Part shown: positions 58,597-64,000 of the stretch, piece after piece
Layout: each line of letters starts with the position of its first letter
Position numbering within the stretch: the stretch's first letter is position 1
Sequence record: PV636258.1
Strand: one strand, 5' to 3'
Length of the DNA: 64,000 nt
Origin: a phage
Program-made: the position numbers and the translations under genes
Notes under the pieces: model-generated
Databases searched by the model: none
The model's input: only the letters and a program-made list of their open reading frames with translations
Told to the model about the DNA's origin: nothing

Positions 58597-59130
58597 TTAC
58601 AATGACTTGTCAGAAACGGCTTGGAAATAACGCAAGTCGACAGTGAACTGTGTGTAAGAGTCCATTGCCGACATATCGAGTTCCAGTTGGCCGAGGTTTT
58701 GAGGCCAGCCGCCCTGTAAAGTCCATGTCTTAGTCACGTTGTCATTCGCGTCCAGAAGTTCCATGATGATATCACGGAAATAATCATCTGGATTCGCGCT
58801 GGCGCGGTTGTTTTCACTACCGTTGATGAATTGCTGCCACACTTCAAAAGCATTGTATGGAGCGTTGTTCACCACGTTAATGAACGTCACAGGAAGCGCT
58901 TCGAAACGACGATCCCCTGGGAACGGAAGTTCACGACCACCCCAGGGCACCAGAATTTCGCCCAGCTGACCTGTTGGGGTGTTGGTGGTTACAGCCAGCA
59001 AGGACACGTCACGAATTGTGTCGGAACCAGCAACAAAAGAAGGAAAGTTTACAGTCACACGCCAGCGGTGTTGGCGTTGTACGCCGCCCCCTCGTGACAT
59101 GGCTGCGCGAAACTCATTGACTGTCGCCAT
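58597..59130 (-). CDS. 19: tail tube protein (gp19-like)
   Basis: 177 aa immediately downstream of sheath gene region; GGAGAT SD. Confidence 0.8.
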   Translation of the reverse strand: MATVNEFRAAMSRGGGVQRQHRWRVTVNFPSFVAGSDTIRDVSLLAVTTNTPTGQLGEILVPWGGRELPFPGDRRFEALPVTFINVVNNAPYNAFEVWQQFINGSENNRASANPDDYFRDIIMELLDANDNVTKTWTLQGGWPQNLGQLELDMSAMDSYTQFTVDLRYFQAVSDKSL

Positions 59131-59160
59131 TTTTATATCTCCAAATAAGAGTACACAATT

Positions 59161-59619
59161 CTAATTAGTCGTCAATCTTTTAATCTTCATGGAAGAAAAA
59201 TCAAATCCGTGGTCAACATTGCTTAAAACGGGTTCGATTTCACACAATTCCCAACGGGGATCTATGAGAGAAACAAGACCAATGTGTTCACCTGTGGATG
59301 TCAATTTTGCTGCAGTTTTACCCAGCATATGACTTCCATCATTACCGCCTTTATTCATGTTGTAACCCATCTCATAAGAATTATATTGAGCGATGAGTTG
59401 CTTCTCTAATTCCCATTTATGGACTTCATCGGTCTGAGCAATTACAACGAAAGTAAATCCAGATGTTCCATACTTACGCATAGCATCATACAATTCACTT
59501 TGGACTCCATGATGAAAAGCATTCGCAAAATGCTGATCATATCTTCGTTGTGGGTGATTGGTCACACCGATGTAGACCTTTCCATTAGTTATCGTTTCAA
59601 TTTTGTATGCGTATATCAT
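59161..59619 (-). CDS. GIY-YIG homing endonuclease (free-standing, between genes 18 and 19)
   Basis: N-terminal IYAYKIETITNGKVYIGVT...RRYDQH GIY-YIG motif. Confidence 0.8.
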   Translation of the reverse strand: MIYAYKIETITNGKVYIGVTNHPQRRYDQHFANAFHHGVQSELYDAMRKYGTSGFTFVVIAQTDEVHKWELEKQLIAQYNSYEMGYNMNKGGNDGSHMLGKTAAKLTSTGEHIGLVSLIDPRWELCEIEPVLSNVDHGFDFSSMKIKRLTTN

Positions 59620-59640
59620 TCAATAACTCAAATCAATAAG

Positions 59641-59667
59641 ACAAAGGAAAACCCCGCCGAAGCGGGG
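59641..59667 (-). terminator. rho-independent terminator after tail sheath gene
   Basis: hairpin ccccgc-cgaa-gcgggg followed by TTTTCCTTTG on minus strand. Confidence 0.65.
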
Positions 59668-59675
59668 TTGGTCAT

Positions 59676-61571
59676 TTATGAAGCAGCAACGATGCCGCCA
59701 CCGGATTCGATTTCCGAGAATTCCATGTCCGGACGAACGGCAGCAAAGTCAAGATACACCCAATTTATGCTGTATTCCGGTTTCAACCAAATGCCTGCAA
59801 CCATTTGGTTTGCCGCAATGACATCAGCAGTGTTGTTGTCTTCATCACATTTGACTTTACCATCGTAAATCGCGCCCATATTTGCCAGCTGGCGAATATA
59901 TGGACGAACCGCATTGCTGAACAGACCACGTGTAAACGCGTCATTGTTCTCACCAAGATAGTATTTGGCGATTGCGGCGATGTTCTGCTCAGCCATGATG
60001 AACAGACCACGAACGTTGATGCGGTCAAACGCCGACGGGCGGGTCAAGCCAGTTTTGTCACCATACAGGACGATGCCTTCATTGGAGAAGGTTACGATGC
60101 TGTTGATCTGATTGCGGTACAACACAGCACGTTCATCAGAAGACGCGGACCACGCCATTCGATTATAGTTGTTGTATTTACCACGGTTGTGGAACGCCGG
60201 AGATTTGTAGATACCCGCGATTTCAATGCTTCGCGCCCAAACACCTGCGGTGCCACCACAAGCCGGAATCCAACGCATTTTGTCGTTGTACTTGTCGTAC
60301 ACGTATGCCCAGTTATCATCCATGAAGAAATAAGAAGAGTCGCGAACAAGGCTTTCACGCCAAGCAACGACATCATCCATTTCACGACCACGGTTGCCAA
60401 CAACCGTATCACGGAGCGGGGATACGAAAGATACGGTATCTTTTCGCTCAGTAGATAAGTCGATCAATGCTTGTTGCTCAATCAGTTCTTCACAGTACGC
60501 AAATACTGGCTTCGCATCATATGCTTCAGCGTTGTTCAAGACTTGGATAGCTGCCACGCGGTTGATGTTATAATCGTCTACGCCGCCTTCTAATTCAACG
60601 ACACCTGCTACCAGTTCACTCGCGAAGGTATACACCCAATTTGAAGTATCGTTGATCACGTCTTTGAAGTACGCATTCGCACCATCGGATTTTTTAGAAC
60701 CCTGGGTATTCTGCATCAGTTCGTATTTTTCAATGATGGAACCAGAAGCGCCAACAGTAGTGATTACGGCTGTTGCAGTCAGTCCTTTATCATCAGGAAC
60801 GATAGCTGTAACGGCCTGAGGACCGATAGCTTTATGGGTCACGATGACAGTGTTGGACTTCACGACAACAGAAGAATAAACACTTGTCAGGGAAGTCAGC
60901 GCTGTACCGATTTTGGTTGCCAAAGTGGCTGGAGTATCAGTATCCAGATATGCGATATCTTCACCCGCCACACTGATGGTGCCAGCAGCAGTAGCCGTAC
61001 CAGAAACGGAGATACGGTCAACCTGACCGACCGCGCCAGCAGAGTCGGTAATGCGACCAACTTTGTCTACGACAACTACATGGAATTCACCAGACTGAGG
61101 TGCGTATGCAAAGTTATTACGGAATTCCCAAGTCGAGAACCCAGCAGCATCACAAACATTGATAGCAATATCATTGCCCAGGGAACCTGGATAACGACCA
61201 GTCCAAGTGATGGACGCCGAAGGACTTGCTGTTTCAAAATCCAGTTTGTTTTTGATCGCAATCGCTGTCTGACCTTTGGTAACAGAGTTCTTGGCTAGAG
61301 GACCAACAACACGGGTCACCCATGCCATAGAGCTGTAAGACAAAAAGTCCGCGATTACGAGAAAATCGGTCGCAGTACTGTCGTTGGGTTTGAAGAATTT
61401 CTTCACCAAACCTGTCTCACCACCAGTCACCAGCACTGGAAGTTCAACTTCACCCCATTGAAATTTGCCGACGGTCGCGCCCTGAACAACAACGGACGGA
61501 GACGTCTGAAGCGTGGCATCACGCTCAGTCCACTGAACGGACGGCGCAACGCTGAAGCTTTGAGTTGCCAT
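59676..61571 (-). CDS. 18: tail sheath protein (gp18-like)
   Basis: 631 aa; ATG 61571 with GAAGGAA SD; track start is non-ATG; CTAAATAT box upstream. Confidence 0.9.
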   Translation of the reverse strand: MATQSFSVAPSVQWTERDATLQTSPSVVVQGATVGKFQWGEVELPVLVTGGETGLVKKFFKPNDSTATDFLVIADFLSYSSMAWVTRVVGPLAKNSVTKGQTAIAIKNKLDFETASPSASITWTGRYPGSLGNDIAINVCDAAGFSTWEFRNNFAYAPQSGEFHVVVVDKVGRITDSAGAVGQVDRISVSGTATAAGTISVAGEDIAYLDTDTPATLATKIGTALTSLTSVYSSVVVKSNTVIVTHKAIGPQAVTAIVPDDKGLTATAVITTVGASGSIIEKYELMQNTQGSKKSDGANAYFKDVINDTSNWVYTFASELVAGVVELEGGVDDYNINRVAAIQVLNNAEAYDAKPVFAYCEELIEQQALIDLSTERKDTVSFVSPLRDTVVGNRGREMDDVVAWRESLVRDSSYFFMDDNWAYVYDKYNDKMRWIPACGGTAGVWARSIEIAGIYKSPAFHNRGKYNNYNRMAWSASSDERAVLYRNQINSIVTFSNEGIVLYGDKTGLTRPSAFDRINVRGLFIMAEQNIAAIAKYYLGENNDAFTRGLFSNAVRPYIRQLANMGAIYDGKVKCDEDNNTADVIAANQMVAGIWLKPEYSINWVYLDFAAVRPDMEFSEIESGGGIVAAS

Positions 61572-61613
61572 AATATCATTCCTTCTCGGTAGAGTTTCGC
61601 TCAATTTGAAAGA

Positions 61614-61620
61614 TATTTAG
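61614..61620 (-). promoter_or_regulatory. late-promoter-like box CTAAATA upstream of gp18
   Basis: minus strand cactaaatatc between terminase stop and sheath start. Confidence 0.45.
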
Positions 61621-61623
61621 TGA

Positions 61624-63834
61624 TCAATTCTTAAACCACTCATCCATGGTCATCCCTGACATTTCGTTGAAAACTTGAATACCCCCGAAACCAGGCAAAT
61701 GCTCAGTTTCGGATGGGGTGTCTCCAACGACTAAACCGCCAAATGGGAATACCTGCTGAGATTCAGTTGAAGACATTCGGTTTCTCATGTCCTGAGAAAT
61801 ACTTGTAGACGTCAAGTCACTGAACCATTCTTGTTTTACCGCCCATGAATATAAGACCAACGGCATGACACAGTCATCGTGACAACCGTCATCGGCTTCA
61901 TACCGAGCGCCTTTGAACACAAATGTACTGAGTTCATCTATCGTGTCCTGGTCTTCTATCACCAACATTTCTTTCTCAATGAGCGCTTTCAAGTTAGCAC
62001 AACCGATAGATCGGACTTTTCTGTTGGTATTGATACCAGGTTCCGGTTTACGCCCACCAATCCGTTTCCCCGTCCCTTTGTTATCTGTTGATGTGAATAT
62101 GATTTCTGGATATTCTATCTCTTGATAAAGAATTGTAATAACCTGACCGCCGACGTCGTTGTTTGTTTCAACAAGGACAGGACATTCCCCGTATTCGGTG
62201 CACATATCAGCTATCGTGTATGCATACATCATAGGAGGTATCGTATTATTCCTGTACTTGGCTGCTATGACATGCGGATATTCAGTTATATCCAGAATTG
62301 TTAAGACGGAATAATCTCCTTCCACTCCCTTCCCAGTGTCCGCAATCCCAAAGTAGAGACGTTGTGGGTCGTATTCCTTATAAATCTTGGTGAATTCATT
62401 AGGTTCCCGATACAACTTGGACGTCATTTTATCTAAGCATTTGGCCGGAATCAATGAACCCACGGAACCACGGAACTTAATGCCAAATTCTTGATCGAAA
62501 CGAGCATCCCCCAGACGGGCACGTTGTTTGGTTTCCCAATCTGGATCTTTGGTATATGCCGGAACCTTATACCATGGGACTTCAGTTAGGTGGAAGTCGT
62601 TGTATTGTGGATGGCGTGGATCTGCTTTGGTGACAATATCATAGAACAACCCTCGCTGGCCTTTCGGAGTACTTGTCAAAATACAGCGTGATGTATCGGC
62701 AGATGCAATGGCTGGGAAAGTTGATTCCCAAAATTCAAAGTCGTTTTCGATAAACGCGACTTCGTCAACATACAAGAGCGATACAGAACGACCACGGATG
62801 GAGTCCGAAGACGTGGCATAAGCGTATATCTTAGAACCATTCTCAAACTCTATCAGGGTAGAACCAAACTTCTCACAACCCTGCTGAAGGAAGAATGGAA
62901 GGTCTTGGTATGCCTTTCTGATACGATCAAGAATTTCTATCGCTTGTTTCTCTTTGTTTGCCAGTACTGCGATTTCCTTATCAGAATGGAACATCGCGTA
63001 CCAAAGAAGAAACGCCGCCACCACGGTCGTGTTATGACTGAGAAAGCCATTCGTGTAATAACGTTGATCACTAGATTTGACCTGCAGATCGTACATATGG
63101 TGATATTCACCAGTCTGCCAAATCTCACGGATTTCTTCTGGACCTTCTGTCGTCATGATGTATGACCCAGCATTCAGGTCTTTGGCAAATATCTCCTTCA
63201 TGTCCGAAGTGAAGAACATATGTTCATCGGCCACGTTAATTCGCCTTCCGGTAACGGTGACAATAACGAATTCCGCATATTTCTTCGTCTTATGCGCTGC
63301 GATAACCGGAACCCAGCCACTATCGGATTGTACAAAGTAACGTTTGCCGAAGCGGCTGTCCACGAACTTGTCATGGTTGCCAATGGTATTCAGCGGCACA
63401 GCGTGGTTGACGTCCTCGAAGCGGCTGTGAAGCTCCCCTATGGTCAGGAGCAACTCCTCTTGGCTGAGAGTATCGTAAACTGTGACAAGCGTGTCGCCTT
63501 TTACACATTTTCCAGACTGACGAGCCTGGACGACCGCATTAAATCGATAGTCCTGAAAGTCATGGAACAACTGTTTCTGATAATCATGCATATCGAAAAG
63601 GATAAAGCCTTTATCGATCGTGGTTATCTTGTAATAGTTGGCGGCGAAGTAGTGTGCATCCATAGAACATTCAACGAATTCGTCTTCTTGTTCATCTGTC
63701 AGCATTAACTCGACTCGAGGAGCACGCACAGAAGGTTTGCGCATAAACGTTTGGTCCATACGCAATTTCACATCGTCTATTTTGAACCCCGTTTTAATTG
63801 GGGCATATTCTATATCACGCTTCTGATACGCCAT
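61624..63834 (-). CDS. 17: terminase large subunit (gp17-like) interrupted by an in-frame mini-intein
   Basis: 736 aa; Walker A region VVQARQSGK / TT split by insertion; C-terminal nuclease region colinear with T4-type terminases. Confidence 0.9.
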   Translation of the reverse strand: MAYQKRDIEYAPIKTGFKIDDVKLRMDQTFMRKPSVRAPRVELMLTDEQEDEFVECSMDAHYFAANYYKITTIDKGFILFDMHDYQKQLFHDFQDYRFNAVVQARQSGKCVKGDTLVTVYDTLSQEELLLTIGELHSRFEDVNHAVPLNTIGNHDKFVDSRFGKRYFVQSDSGWVPVIAAHKTKKYAEFVIVTVTGRRINVADEHMFFTSDMKEIFAKDLNAGSYIMTTEGPEEIREIWQTGEYHHMYDLQVKSSDQRYYTNGFLSHNTTVVAAFLLWYAMFHSDKEIAVLANKEKQAIEILDRIRKAYQDLPFFLQQGCEKFGSTLIEFENGSKIYAYATSSDSIRGRSVSLLYVDEVAFIENDFEFWESTFPAIASADTSRCILTSTPKGQRGLFYDIVTKADPRHPQYNDFHLTEVPWYKVPAYTKDPDWETKQRARLGDARFDQEFGIKFRGSVGSLIPAKCLDKMTSKLYREPNEFTKIYKEYDPQRLYFGIADTGKGVEGDYSVLTILDITEYPHVIAAKYRNNTIPPMMYAYTIADMCTEYGECPVLVETNNDVGGQVITILYQEIEYPEIIFTSTDNKGTGKRIGGRKPEPGINTNRKVRSIGCANLKALIEKEMLVIEDQDTIDELSTFVFKGARYEADDGCHDDCVMPLVLYSWAVKQEWFSDLTSTSISQDMRNRMSSTESQQVFPFGGLVVGDTPSETEHLPGFGGIQVFNEMSGMTMDEWFKN
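63031..63507 (-). mobile_element. mini-intein (about 159 aa) inserted in terminase P-loop
   Basis: insertion begins CVKGDTLV (Cys1) and ends FLSHN followed by Thr +1; interrupts GK|T of Walker A. Confidence 0.75.
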
Positions 63835-64000
63835 CGTCTTCTTCCTTCACATCAACTGTTTCACCATCAATGATTTCATCTTCTGGTTGTTGTGCGGCCT
63901 TTGCTTGTGCTCTTTCTTCAGCGCGACGACGGGCATCTTCAATCGTCTTCAATAAATCGCGAGAAGATCGCGCCTTTTTCCCAACCGATACTGTTGTTGT
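63815..64000 (-). CDS. partial CDS, probable terminase small subunit C-terminus
   Basis: open frame running off window end; stop TGA at 63817..63815 overlaps gp17 start as in T4 gene 16/17. Confidence 0.4.
   Translation of the reverse strand, partial: TTTVSVGKKARSSRDLLKTIEDARRRAEERAQAKAAQQPEDEIIDGETVDVKEEDDGVSEA

Overview
This window reads as part of a T4-superfamily myovirus genome, with almost every gene on the minus strand and tightly packed, often with ATGA/TAATG start-stop overlaps. Right to left (the direction of transcription) it holds a late structural block (partial small terminase, large terminase gp17 carrying a mini-intein in its P-loop, tail sheath gp18, a GIY-YIG homing endonuclease, tail tube gp19, portal gp20, prohead core, protease gp21, scaffold gp22, major capsid gp23), then a run of small ORFs, UvsY-like/nuclease/UvsW, the clamp and clamp-loader genes 45-44-62 with regA, and then, where T4 has DNA polymerase gene 43, a set of unrecognised proteins (289, 400 and 672 aa) with a free-standing HNH endonuclease. 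Further left are RyR-domain, zinc-ribbon, vWA and ACP-like proteins, secreted and membrane proteins (including an SPFH lipoprotein with a small membrane partner), HU, a DinG-like Fe-S helicase, RNase HI, gp55, gp47/gp46, primase gp61, an endolysin, PhoH and NrdA/NrdB/glutaredoxin. Three probable opposite-strand genes interrupt the array. Recurrent regulatory motifs are visible: sigma70-like early promoters (TTTACT-N16/17-TATAnT) placed just after GC hairpins, late-promoter-like CTAAATA(C/T) and TATAAATA boxes about 20-40 nt upstream of late genes, and a conserved hairpin+ATTTGAAA element directly upstream of several start codons. Most worth follow-up are the ACP-like protein whose phosphopantetheine-site serine is replaced by aspartate (next to a large vWA protein), the SPFH membrane module, the terminase intein, and the uncharacterised cluster in the polymerase position. 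All calls rest on reading the translations and DNA by eye; no database search was run, start codons were re-picked where the ORF track began on a non-ATG codon, and no GC content or similarity statistics were computed.
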